Positions 47,557 to 58,191 of a DNA stretch of 64,000 bases are shown here, one piece after another (positions within the stretch are counted from its first letter, which is position 1; each line of letters begins with the position of its first letter). The stretch lies in IMG/VR virus record IMGVR_UViG_3300021958_000024; one strand, written 5' to 3'. Source of the DNA: a virus (lineage: Duplodnaviria; Caudoviricetes). The position numbers and the translations under genes were made by a program. The notes below the pieces were generated by a model. It had not been told where the DNA came from. It saw only the letters and a list, made by a program, of their open reading frames with translations, and did not search any database.

Positions 47557-48189
47557 TTAACACTCAGGCATTACTAAGACGTTATATGTGATTTGTTGTT
47601 TTGTTGGAGAGAGTGATGCTCTTGTTCTCCAATCCAGAGCATTCTTTCTTCTAACTGCAAACTCGATAGATTGTCCTGGTTTTAGGAAATACTCAGTTGG
47701 GAATGGAACTTCTTGCAGTCTTCCCCACTTTCTCCACCAGTTCCAACCATATCCATAGAAATAATATTGTCTGGTGTTTAAGATTTCTTCTTTTGAAAAT
47801 AAGAACATATATCCATTTGGATTATCTCCTCCACCATCTCTATTTCTTTGGAATCCCCACCAATATCTCCAATACCATCCATAGTTTAGACTCAATGAAG
47901 AAAGGTTCCTTCCAATAATACCTTCAATCCAGTCAGTGTCAATATCTGGAAGGTTTGGTAACTGAATGTAGTTTGCAACAGTTCTAGTGACTGTTCTTCC
48001 AAAAGAATCTACTTCTGGTCCAGGAAAAGTTTCTCCAGGAGTTAGGATTCTAATCTCATTAGTTCCTGTACCTTCAATAGAAAGATAGTTAAAAATAACC
48101 CTTACATTTCCACCAGTATTATTGGTATACAGTGTAAAATCGTTCTGCTCACAAAAGTAACCAGTCAATACTTCAGTAATCGATGCCAT
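47557..48189 (-). CDS. Hypothetical Trp/Tyr-rich protein, probably virion-associated
   Basis: 210-aa ORF with own minus-strand ATAAATA (~48214-48220). Confidence 0.65.
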   Translation of the reverse strand: MASITEVLTGYFCEQNDFTLYTNNTGGNVRVIFNYLSIEGTGTNEIRILTPGETFPGPEVDSFGRTVTRTVANYIQLPNLPDIDTDWIEGIIGRNLSSLSLNYGWYWRYWWGFQRNRDGGGDNPNGYMFLFSKEEILNTRQYYFYGYGWNWWRKWGRLQEVPFPTEYFLKPGQSIEFAVRRKNALDWRTRASLSPTKQQITYNVLVMPEC

Positions 48190-48272
48190 TTTATCTTTAG
48201 AATACTTCTTCTATATTTATTTAGAGATATAAATAGTTAAAAATTTCAACTAAGAGGGGAGAGTGAACCTCA

Positions 48273-50021
48273 ATGGCAATTCAGAAGAACTTTGTCGTTA
48301 AAAATGGTCTTGAGGTAAGTGAAGCTCTAATCTATGCAGACAAAGTTGCCGATCAAGTAGGTATTGGTACGACAAGTATTGACGGTAACTGCAAAGTAGA
48401 AGTTAGGGGCAATATTAAGGTTAGGAACTTATACCTTGCAGAAACGCTTGGTATTGGATCAATACCAAATCTGCAAGGAACAACGGTAGACTATGGATAT
48501 GGTCGAATACTATCAGGTATTGTAACGTCTATTGTGGGCACGTCTTTGACGTACTCGTCGGGTGTAATAAACAAGTTTTATTCAGTATCGGGATTTGTAA
48601 CATCTCTTGCTGGATCTGGAGTAACGTATACAAATGCGTATCTCACAAATATTGAAAACACTCATTTAAAAGTATCTGGTATTTCAACCTTTGATGCTGA
48701 TGTAAGATTTGAAGATACCAGAAAACTAAAGTTTGGTAATAGTGATGATTTTGAGATTTATCATGATGGTTCAAATTCTTATATTCGTGATGTAGGTGCT
48801 GGTAACGTCTATATTGATTCTGTTGATGGTTCTATCAATCTTAGAGTCAATGGTACTGAAAATGCTATTGTTTGTAATGAAAATACTTCTGTAGGTTTAT
48901 ATTATAATAATGTCCAGAAACTGTCAACCACAGCTGAGGGTATACAGGTTGATCCTGGCGTTTCTGTTGGGAATACTGCTGGACAAGCATATTCTTCACA
49001 AGATATTGCTGTATTCCGGACCACTAATCCAAATCTATCCAAGTTAAGAATCGTTGAGAGTAGAGATGTAACTGGAAATACTTGGAAATCTGCAAATACA
49101 AGGATCCAAAAGACTATTGGATCCACTGACATGGGTTATATCCAGTTTAATGGTGAGGGAAACTCCAAAGGTATGGAGTTTGGAACAGAAAATGATGAAA
49201 AGTTTGCTCAGTTTATCAGAGAGGGATCTGTAGAACTTTATTATGATAATGTTAAAAAGTTTGAAACTATTTCGGATGGTATTAAAATCTATGATGACAC
49301 AGTAAATGCTGGCATTTTAGATTTCTCACCAAATGGAATCGTAACATCAAGATCTGGAATAGTAACTTATTACGGTGATGGTAATAACCTAGATCTATAT
49401 TACAATGATGCTACTGGTATTGGTATCGGAACAACAGGTGGACTTGTAGGTTATGCAGTAACATTTTTAGACCTTAAAGGTGATGGTATTTCTACTGCAT
49501 ATTATGGTGGTCCGCAAGGCATTACAACCATTTTCTTTGAAGATAAGAAAGCAGGTACAGTTGCAATCGGTACATTACCACCACCAAATCCCAAAAATGG
49601 TCAAACTTGGTATAGTACAGAATATGCTAGGACATTTGTTTATATTAAAGAAGATGCTCTGGGATATGGTGGAGCAGCAAATGTCTGGGTAGATGCAGCA
49701 CCATTTAACGTTGGTATTATTTCTGCTCTATCCAGAGTTTCATTTGATCCAGGAACACCATCACAACCAGCAATATATTTCAGTGGAGACACATCAACTG
49801 GAGTGTACTCTCCAAGTTCAGGAAACTTTAATATAGTTTCTTTAGCAAGCACTATTATAAATGTTACTCCAAAAGGAGCAAATGTTTATGGTGGAGATGG
49901 ACGTGACGGATATCTAACCGTAAATGAATCGGGTATAAACGTAGTTGGAGTTGCAAGTGTCAATAATAAAAAGATAATAGATCAAGTAACAGCATATGCT
50001 TATAGTGTAGCATTATCATAA
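48273..50021 (+). CDS. Tail fibre protein
   Basis: KNFVVKNGLEV, VGIGTT, FG..DD..IYHDG.NSYI, VELYYDN.KKFET repeats. Confidence 0.8.
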   Translation: MAIQKNFVVKNGLEVSEALIYADKVADQVGIGTTSIDGNCKVEVRGNIKVRNLYLAETLGIGSIPNLQGTTVDYGYGRILSGIVTSIVGTSLTYSSGVINKFYSVSGFVTSLAGSGVTYTNAYLTNIENTHLKVSGISTFDADVRFEDTRKLKFGNSDDFEIYHDGSNSYIRDVGAGNVYIDSVDGSINLRVNGTENAIVCNENTSVGLYYNNVQKLSTTAEGIQVDPGVSVGNTAGQAYSSQDIAVFRTTNPNLSKLRIVESRDVTGNTWKSANTRIQKTIGSTDMGYIQFNGEGNSKGMEFGTENDEKFAQFIREGSVELYYDNVKKFETISDGIKIYDDTVNAGILDFSPNGIVTSRSGIVTYYGDGNNLDLYYNDATGIGIGTTGGLVGYAVTFLDLKGDGISTAYYGGPQGITTIFFEDKKAGTVAIGTLPPPNPKNGQTWYSTEYARTFVYIKEDALGYGGAANVWVDAAPFNVGIISALSRVSFDPGTPSQPAIYFSGDTSTGVYSPSSGNFNIVSLASTIINVTPKGANVYGGDGRDGYLTVNESGINVVGVASVNNKKIIDQVTAYAYSVALS

Positions 50022-50064
50022 TATCATTTCATCCCATAAATAACATTCAAGGAGTCTTAACACA

Positions 50065-53000
50065 ATGGCAAAGAAACTAGTATACAACTACACATTTAAC
50101 CCAGGTGCTGCTGGTGTTGGTAATATAGTCATACATGGTTACTATCCACTAAAAACATTATTATTGGTTACTAATGTAACTGATAGTCAGATTATCTTTA
50201 GTTTTGCTGATCCCACTTATGCAGGATCTGTAGATTATAGTGATGCTACTGATGAAACCACTATTATCTTCAACTACGATACATCCAGCATGGATGCATC
50301 TGATCAAATTCAAATCTTTGTAGATGAGCAAGAAGCAAAGATTGATTTTTCAGAAACATTTGTTGATCCTGTAAATAAACTAAGAGTTTCCAATCCACAA
50401 AACCTCATTGATACTGACTTTGAATATGGTCTACAACCAACTAAATGGGAAACCATAGAACTTGTTAATAATATACCATCATTTTATTCAAAAGACTCCC
50501 AATATTCGATTGAAGATGTTGCTATTGTAGAAGCAATCAATAGATCTTCAACTGTTACAGTTACTACATCAACACCCCATGGATTATCTGTTGGTGTTCC
50601 TATTGACGTTCAAGGACTAACAAGTCCAACAGCTGAAGGAAAGTTTTTGATTACATCTGTACCTTCACCAAGTAGTTTCACTTACGTTGCAAAAGAGAAT
50701 CAGATTTTAGAACAAGGTGCTGTCAATATTAATACCTCGTATACAACTATTAGAACTGGCGAGTTTTTTATTGGATCCGATGTTAAGTTTAGAGAAGATG
50801 ATGGATTAAGTTCAGATAATAGATCCAATAGTACAATCAATGTAACAACTACTGATTATGTTCATGGATTCACTCCAGGATCAAACTTTTATGTTACAAA
50901 CACTGTAGGTTCAAAGCAATATAGACTGGGATATGTAACTAACGATCTTGCTTCTGACGATAGACCTAATGTTGATTTTGAAGATACCATTGAAACTAGC
51001 GGTACTATTACTCCAGCATTAACAGAAACAAAGAAAATGACGGGCACATACGCCCTAAAGTTTGATGTAAACTCTGTTAGTACTGTTGATAATAGCATTA
51101 CTTGGCCAAATCATAGATTAAGAGCAGGTGACGTTTTATTATATGTTCCTCCTTCGAATGATACTGAAATCGGAGGACTTCAAAGATTTCAACTCTATTA
51201 TGTAAAGCAGGCATTGACTGCGGATAAAATCACTCTTTGCGAGACATCAACTTCAACTACTGTTGCGGTTAATCCAGAAATCAATCTCACTTCTACTGGC
51301 ACTTCTAACTTTGGAAGGCACCAGTTGATTTTAGCATATGAGTATTATTATCTTAGAACTTGGTATAGTTCCTGGATAGGTCTTATTCCAAGACATGTAG
51401 GATATGGATCTGGATCTGGATGGGATAGAATACCCACTTCTCCATTCCAACCACATGGATTAAGTGGTAGATTAGCACAAAGATGTAAGTTTATTTTTAA
51501 AAATTATGGTCTAAACAACAATTGGACTGGAAATAGATCAGTTTATGCAACAAATCGAAACGCAAACTATACTTTAGGAAAATCAGGAACAACTCCTGAT
51601 GGATATGATTTTATTGAAGATTTCTCTAGATTTGATCTCCCACATCCATTTAACACTGCTACTAACACATCAGAACCAAACTATAATTGGGATGCAACGT
51701 TTAGATATTTTAGAAGATATAGTGATTATAGTTATCGGAACACGCAACCTGGATTTGGATATATTTTCACAGTTGATTTGGATTTTGATACTGAAGGAGA
51801 CTCAATTTATGTTGAAAACCATGGCGTGAGTGTTGGTTCGGCAGCAACTGCATATTTCGAAAAGACTGGCGGCGGAAATGCGGTAACAAGATCTGATGTT
51901 GTTACTACTGAGGGCGTGGCACCAACAACGACAGTATTTTCTGGCGATTTAAATGTCAATGTAACTGCTATATCACCAGATAGATTGAGAATAGGTGATC
52001 TGAATAGATTGCAACAATGGAATGGATCTTATAATCTAACATTATATAGAAATAATGGAACAAAAGATACCTTCTATGTTCCTGGTATTTCTGTGATATC
52101 TAATAATGAAACTATATTTGTTGAAACAACAGGTACAGCAACTTTGCCTACGGGATTAACTGGACCAGTTAAACCAGAAAAAGGCAATGTTCAAGCGGTA
52201 TATAATGCTTCTACAAGAGCATTAGATACTATTAGAGAAACACTTACTTCAAACTCACTATCTACACTTTTAGCATATAACAATAGTCAAGAGTATTATC
52301 CTTTTGTTAATAGTAATATAACTGTTGATGGTGGCATACAAAGATTGGGTTGGAGAAGAACTGCACTTACGGTTGCTGGTTATTATCCAGAAGGATCTGG
52401 AAATGATGCAAATATTTGGTCAACAACTAGCAAGGACTTTACATCACTAACTGGATGGGCAAATGGTCAAGCATTTGATCCTTTCGATACTACAAATCGT
52501 GCTGGTGAAGGTTGGTACATGTGCATCACACCGTTTACGGGTCAAAATACAACCATTCCTTACTGGGTTAGTGTAAAGCAAATACCAGAATACATTGAAG
52601 ATAATCCAGCAGTAGGTGCAAATGCATTCTTCTGGTCCAATAGACCAAATGAAGACTTTCCACCAACAAACTTATCAAGTGAAACAAACAATGCCAACTC
52701 TGAAGCAAACTGGACTGATGTTACTGGTTCTCAAGCAGGGCTAGGTTGGAGATATACTCATGAAGGAAGATGGTATCAACCAAATGCGAACAGGCATGGT
52801 TATATCTTCTTACAGGTAACAATAGCAAATAACACCTGGCCACAATATAAACCACAAAATACTGCTTTTGATATTTCTCCTATTCTACCATTTGAATCAT
52901 TAGGCAACGTATCTGGACAAAGATATATTATTTGCTGTGTTATTCCAGTCAAAAACAATACTGCTGCTGCAAACTTTGGTCTTACTGGAAATATCTACAC

Positions 53001-56000
53001 CTTCCAAGAACTTGCAGATATTGTTGCAAATGAAGTAGCAGAGACTCTATCCAACCCAGTATTAACTGTTGGTATAAACACAGTAAAATCTAGAGTCGTA
53101 TCAAATACTAGATTAGCACTGCAAAATGATGATGGAGTTCTTTACAACCTTAGTGGTTTTGGAACTGCTTCTCCTGGTGGAAATATCGTCATCAGCACAG
53201 AAGAAAAAACAGGTGGTGTTGATGGTTACTACCAAGCATATTCTGTAGATAGTAACTCATTTAAACTGGGCACAAATACAGGTATCGCTGAAAAAGTAGT
53301 CGAGTGGGATTATCAGAATGTAAATTCATTATATATTACTTCGGTTAATCACAAAATACCAAACACCCAAAAAGTAGTATATGATGAAATATCTGGTGGT
53401 ATTCCTGGATTAACAACTAATACAGAATATTATCTCGATGTCACTGGTCCAGATACATTTGGATTTAAAAATAGTATCAGTGGTGATAGGATTACGATGG
53501 GCAGTACTTTGAGTGGTTCATTCAAACTAACTGTCAATAGTATTGCAGGTATCTCATCGATTCCAGGAACGGTTTCTATCTCAACTATATCTAAAGTTAT
53601 TACTGGAACTGATACTGATTTCCCAAGGTATTTTAAAGTTGGAGATGATTTTATAGTTGAAAATACCACTGTATCACCCTCAGAATACGTTAGACTTACC
53701 GTTGATTCTATCGTTGATAACACTGCTTTAACAGTAAGAGAATCTCCAGGAATATCTAATGAGACTGCAAGACTGTTTGTTCCAACAAAAATCAATGTTA
53801 GACCTGATGGGACAAATGTTCATAGACCTTTCGATGGTGGCGTTGAAATAACAGCAGGTAGTTCACCTAATAGCAATATTGTACGTCAAACTCGTAAATA
53901 CTTTAGATATCAGTCAGGTAAAGGTATTCAATGTTCTCTTGCTATCAACTTCAATCCTCCAAGACAAATCGTATCTATGTTCGGTCAAACTAACGGAACA
54001 TTAGTTGACAATCAAGACTATGAAGTTAATATAAGAAATAGAGCATCTTCTGCATATATTTCATTTGGGGAAGATAGAAATGGTAATGTCTTATCTGATA
54101 ACTCTAAGATTACTGTTTATGATATTGACACCTTAACTCTTAATGTTGGTGCTCCAGGACATCCTCTTTGGATTAAATCAGCACCAACAACGGGTATAGG
54201 TGATTCTATTTCACAGACATATGTAACTAATAATGGAACTGATGAAGGAAGCATTGTATTTGATACCACTACAGTTGGTGTAGGAACGTATTATTATCAG
54301 TGTGAAAATCATTCTCCTATGGGTGGTGAGATTGAAGTTCTTCCAACTCCTTCTGCTGGTCCAGGTGAAACTTTTGTTAAGTTCTCTACATTAACTCCTC
54401 ATGGATTATTGAAAGGAAATGATGTCAAAATAAGAGGTGCTGGTGATTCTGCATACGATGGTTCTTATGAGATTGTGGCAGTAAACAATGAAGATGCATA
54501 TTATATTTCTTCAACAACATCTGCAACTTCTATTGTTTCTTCCCCATCATTAGAATACAATATCCAAGAGTGGAATAATAGTGCAGTTAGATGTGGATTG
54601 TTTGATTTCCAAAATGGATTCTTCTTTGAATATGACGGATCTACATTGTATGCGGTTAGAAGATCATCAACTTTCCAACTTCCATTAAGAGCAGATGTGA
54701 CTTTCCATAGTCATATTGTCAACTGGACAGCAGGCGCTAAGTTTACTAATAAAGTAGACGTTAATGATTATATTGTTATTAGAGGAACTTCATATAAAGT
54801 GACTTCAGTTACTGATGAACAACTTAATATTCAACCTGCATATAGAGGTACAAGTGATGTTGGTATTACTATTACCAAGACAGTTGATACTAAAGTAGCA
54901 CAGCAAGATTGGAATATTGATAGAGCAGATGGAACTGGTCCATCAGGATTTAAACTTGATAAGACCAAAATTCAAATGGCATATTTAGATTATTCTTGGT
55001 ATGGTGCTGGTAAGATTCGCTTTGGATTTAAAGATACTTATGGTCATGTTAAGTATTTCCACGAGTTCATTCATAATAACCTCCTAGATGAAGCATATAT
55101 GAGATCTGGTAACATCCCAGGTAGATATGAAATCACTAACTTTGGTGGGGTTGTTCCGTCATACATTCCATCACTATTCCACTGGGGTACTTCAGTCATG
55201 ATGGATGGTGGATTTGATGATGATAAAGCATATCAGTTTACAGCAACTTCCAACTCACTTGTGTTCACAAACGGTGATGGTGATTCTGCGGATACTGTAG
55301 CAAACTCCGTTGTTTATTATACTTCGAGAAATGGTAGAAGAAACTGGTATTTGAGACTATTTGTTGCTCCTGTTAACTTGAGTAAGTTTACTAGTGGTTC
55401 TGCACTTTATACAGTGGATGGGCAACTAAATGGAGAGACTGTTAACAGAACAGGATTCTTTGGATCTGCTGGTTTTGTTGACATCTTCATTGGTCAGACA
55501 AATGGAGGTCAAAACTTAGATATTACACCAAGTATTGTTTCTAGCACAACTATCTACATTGGTGCTCCTCCATCAGGAGGTACTGCGGTTGAACTAGGTC
55601 CAGATACTGAGATCCCAGTTATTAGTATTAGACTTGCTCCATCTGTTGATAACAACCTAACTGGTCCTGTAGGTTCAAGAGATATTATTAACCGAATGCA
55701 GTTACAGTTGAAGTCATTAGGTATTACATTAACACATGATTGTAATGTTGACCTGATCTTAAATGGATCTATTGATAATAAAGATTTCGCAGCAGTTGAT
55801 ACACCTTCACTATCCGAACTTATTGTTCATGATGGCGGAGATCAACTAAAGAATGGAACTAAGGTGTTCTCATTCAGAGCATCTGGCGGTGCTGAAGATG
55901 CAACAGGTGCAAGACTTGGATCAACATCTGACTTTGATTTGAGCAACATTACTGACTTGGGTAATAGTATCTTAGGTGGGGATGATATTTTCCCCAACGG

Positions 56001-56109
56001 TCCTGACCTATTGACTATTGCAGTTTCACCTATTGATACCTCTGGTGTTAATGCAACTTCTCCTCTGAAAGTTTCTGCTAGAATCACCTGGACAGAATCT
56101 CAAGCATAA
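50065..56109 (+). CDS. Large virion structural protein (2014 aa) with internal cupredoxin-like domain
   Basis: LIDTDFEYGLQPTKWE, RQTRKYFRYQSGKG, DYSWYGAG; GHP...YYYQCENHSPMGG. Confidence 0.8.
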   Translation: MAKKLVYNYTFNPGAAGVGNIVIHGYYPLKTLLLVTNVTDSQIIFSFADPTYAGSVDYSDATDETTIIFNYDTSSMDASDQIQIFVDEQEAKIDFSETFVDPVNKLRVSNPQNLIDTDFEYGLQPTKWETIELVNNIPSFYSKDSQYSIEDVAIVEAINRSSTVTVTTSTPHGLSVGVPIDVQGLTSPTAEGKFLITSVPSPSSFTYVAKENQILEQGAVNINTSYTTIRTGEFFIGSDVKFREDDGLSSDNRSNSTINVTTTDYVHGFTPGSNFYVTNTVGSKQYRLGYVTNDLASDDRPNVDFEDTIETSGTITPALTETKKMTGTYALKFDVNSVSTVDNSITWPNHRLRAGDVLLYVPPSNDTEIGGLQRFQLYYVKQALTADKITLCETSTSTTVAVNPEINLTSTGTSNFGRHQLILAYEYYYLRTWYSSWIGLIPRHVGYGSGSGWDRIPTSPFQPHGLSGRLAQRCKFIFKNYGLNNNWTGNRSVYATNRNANYTLGKSGTTPDGYDFIEDFSRFDLPHPFNTATNTSEPNYNWDATFRYFRRYSDYSYRNTQPGFGYIFTVDLDFDTEGDSIYVENHGVSVGSAATAYFEKTGGGNAVTRSDVVTTEGVAPTTTVFSGDLNVNVTAISPDRLRIGDLNRLQQWNGSYNLTLYRNNGTKDTFYVPGISVISNNETIFVETTGTATLPTGLTGPVKPEKGNVQAVYNASTRALDTIRETLTSNSLSTLLAYNNSQEYYPFVNSNITVDGGIQRLGWRRTALTVAGYYPEGSGNDANIWSTTSKDFTSLTGWANGQAFDPFDTTNRAGEGWYMCITPFTGQNTTIPYWVSVKQIPEYIEDNPAVGANAFFWSNRPNEDFPPTNLSSETNNANSEANWTDVTGSQAGLGWRYTHEGRWYQPNANRHGYIFLQVTIANNTWPQYKPQNTAFDISPILPFESLGNVSGQRYIICCVIPVKNNTAAANFGLTGNIYTFQELADIVANEVAETLSNPVLTVGINTVKSRVVSNTRLALQNDDGVLYNLSGFGTASPGGNIVISTEEKTGGVDGYYQAYSVDSNSFKLGTNTGIAEKVVEWDYQNVNSLYITSVNHKIPNTQKVVYDEISGGIPGLTTNTEYYLDVTGPDTFGFKNSISGDRITMGSTLSGSFKLTVNSIAGISSIPGTVSISTISKVITGTDTDFPRYFKVGDDFIVENTTVSPSEYVRLTVDSIVDNTALTVRESPGISNETARLFVPTKINVRPDGTNVHRPFDGGVEITAGSSPNSNIVRQTRKYFRYQSGKGIQCSLAINFNPPRQIVSMFGQTNGTLVDNQDYEVNIRNRASSAYISFGEDRNGNVLSDNSKITVYDIDTLTLNVGAPGHPLWIKSAPTTGIGDSISQTYVTNNGTDEGSIVFDTTTVGVGTYYYQCENHSPMGGEIEVLPTPSAGPGETFVKFSTLTPHGLLKGNDVKIRGAGDSAYDGSYEIVAVNNEDAYYISSTTSATSIVSSPSLEYNIQEWNNSAVRCGLFDFQNGFFFEYDGSTLYAVRRSSTFQLPLRADVTFHSHIVNWTAGAKFTNKVDVNDYIVIRGTSYKVTSVTDEQLNIQPAYRGTSDVGITITKTVDTKVAQQDWNIDRADGTGPSGFKLDKTKIQMAYLDYSWYGAGKIRFGFKDTYGHVKYFHEFIHNNLLDEAYMRSGNIPGRYEITNFGGVVPSYIPSLFHWGTSVMMDGGFDDDKAYQFTATSNSLVFTNGDGDSADTVANSVVYYTSRNGRRNWYLRLFVAPVNLSKFTSGSALYTVDGQLNGETVNRTGFFGSAGFVDIFIGQTNGGQNLDITPSIVSSTTIYIGAPPSGGTAVELGPDTEIPVISIRLAPSVDNNLTGPVGSRDIINRMQLQLKSLGITLTHDCNVDLILNGSIDNKDFAAVDTPSLSELIVHDGGDQLKNGTKVFSFRASGGAEDATGARLGSTSDFDLSNITDLGNSILGGDDIFPNGPDLLTIAVSPIDTSGVNATSPLKVSARITWTESQA

Positions 56110-56175
56110 TAATCCTCAGAGGGTATAAAACTGTTTTATACCCCCTCTTCATAAATATTTCAAAAGCAGATAAAA

Positions 56176-58191
56176 ATGTCACCTATCAACTTTCCAGATA
56201 GTCCTACTCCAGGAGATGTCTTTAGAGACTTTGATACTGGGTACAAATATGAATATGATGGCGTAGTTTGGAAAAGTTACGTCGATGGATCATCATCAAG
56301 TATCAAAGTTATTGATGATGTTTCATCACTATTTGATAGTTTTCAAAGAACTTTTGAGTTGAGAGTTGGTGGGACGTTATTTTATCCAATCAGTGCTCAA
56401 CATATTAGAGTAGCACTTAATGGAGAACTGCAAACACCATATACAGATTATACCGTATCTGGAGCACAGATTACATTCGATGTTCCACCAACACCAGGAA
56501 CTGAGTTTTCTGTTGTCAATCTTCTGGTCACAGCAGGGTCTCCATACACTGAAAGTTATCTAACCAATCTAGACGTAGAGAATAAAGTTACAGCATTATC
56601 TGGTGTTGTAACTACTATTCTTGGAACTAATATCGAATATGTTGGGGTTGGTTCTTTTGGTACTGTTGCGATTGGAGAAACTGTTGTTATTAACTCTGAT
56701 CAAGGATTAGAGAATATCCTTTCTATTGACCCCACTACATCACAGACAATCTATGATGCTCTATTAGTAAGTCCAACTCAGAACTTTCCTAATATTAACG
56801 TAGCAGGTGTTTCTACATTAGGTTTTACATCAACTAGTGGATTGTTTGCAGCATCAAATACTACCACGCCAGCTGCAATAATATATGGAAATGTTGGCAT
56901 TAACACTGATAATCCTGGTAATACTCTAGATCTTACTGGTGATGTAGACCTTTATGGAAAGGTTATTATTGGTCCCAAGGATTATGCTGATACACTAGAT
57001 CCTAATGTTGCATTAGGAGGTACTTTTGGTCTTAGACCACTTAATATCGTTGGTTCTGATGCATCAATAAAAATTGCAAGATATGAACCAATACCAGGTA
57101 CTGTTGGTCCTATTATAGAACTGCAACAATTGAATTCTAGTACTTCTGATGTTGTAGGCAAATCTTACATATCAAGTTCGAAAGGTAGTATTAGACTGGG
57201 TAATGTTATTGGATATGGAAACACTCTTATTTCATTTGAAACATTTGATGAAATAACTGGGGTTACAGAATATCTTGTTCAAATAAATGAAAAAGGTAAT
57301 ACAGGTATTGGTACAACTAATGCATCCGAAAAACTGGTTGTTGTGGGTAATGCCATTGTCAGTGACAGAGTAAGTATTGGTAGTACACTCAAAGTTCTTA
57401 AAGATGCTTGGGTAAGAAATACCTTAAGTGTTGGAAGTTCAGATGTTTCAGGTAGCGTTCCTACAGATGAAGGTGTAATCTCTGCTGTTGGTAATGGTAA
57501 GAATGTTATTATCATCCAAGCAGATGAAAATACTGGTGATAGAGGATTAGCATTTAGAAATGAGTTTGATCGTTATGCTGCATACATCAATCTAGCACCA
57601 AATGATACTCCAGATCAAGGAGATCTTGTATTTGGACATGCAGTAACCAACGTTGCTAATGTTGATGACGTTGATGAAGTAATGAGATTAAGTAATGGTG
57701 GTGTTGGTATTGGAACCACCATTGCAAGAGAGTCTCTGCATGTTTTTGGTGGAACAAGACTTGAAGGTGATGTATATCTCAGGGGAGGTATGTTGGTTGA
57801 GAAATCAATAACCTCAAATGGTAGTGTTGGAAATCAAACATTAACTCCTATAGGTCTTTCTACGGGAACAAGTTTTTTCTATGATGCTGTCGAACTTGGA
57901 GAAATGATACCTCACTTCAGATATGATGCATCAACAACATTGTATGATTCGTTAGATATTGGCGAATCTGTTACAGTTTCTATATCTGCAAATACAAATA
58001 ACATAGGATTCTGTACAACTATCTACATTGATGGTGCATTACAATATCTGTACTGGCCAAATGGTGTAGTACCAACAACTACCGCTGCCCAATCACGCGA
58101 CAAATATGTATTTAATATCATGAAGACAGGTGTTCCACCAAATGAATGGACAGTTATGGCAACAGTTTCCAACAACATTCTAGTCTCATGA
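56176..58191 (+). CDS. Tail fibre protein
   Basis: INFP.SP..GD, GNVGINT, GIGTT repeats. Confidence 0.75.
   Translation: MSPINFPDSPTPGDVFRDFDTGYKYEYDGVVWKSYVDGSSSSIKVIDDVSSLFDSFQRTFELRVGGTLFYPISAQHIRVALNGELQTPYTDYTVSGAQITFDVPPTPGTEFSVVNLLVTAGSPYTESYLTNLDVENKVTALSGVVTTILGTNIEYVGVGSFGTVAIGETVVINSDQGLENILSIDPTTSQTIYDALLVSPTQNFPNINVAGVSTLGFTSTSGLFAASNTTTPAAIIYGNVGINTDNPGNTLDLTGDVDLYGKVIIGPKDYADTLDPNVALGGTFGLRPLNIVGSDASIKIARYEPIPGTVGPIIELQQLNSSTSDVVGKSYISSSKGSIRLGNVIGYGNTLISFETFDEITGVTEYLVQINEKGNTGIGTTNASEKLVVVGNAIVSDRVSIGSTLKVLKDAWVRNTLSVGSSDVSGSVPTDEGVISAVGNGKNVIIIQADENTGDRGLAFRNEFDRYAAYINLAPNDTPDQGDLVFGHAVTNVANVDDVDEVMRLSNGGVGIGTTIARESLHVFGGTRLEGDVYLRGGMLVEKSITSNGSVGNQTLTPIGLSTGTSFFYDAVELGEMIPHFRYDASTTLYDSLDIGESVTVSISANTNNIGFCTTIYIDGALQYLYWPNGVVPTTTAAQSRDKYVFNIMKTGVPPNEWTVMATVSNNILVS

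Noticed and set aside
2670-57515. Many antisense ORFs of 60-180 aa opposite structural genes and psbA
   Set aside because: Shadow ORFs from codon bias, fully overlapping well-supported plus-strand genes.
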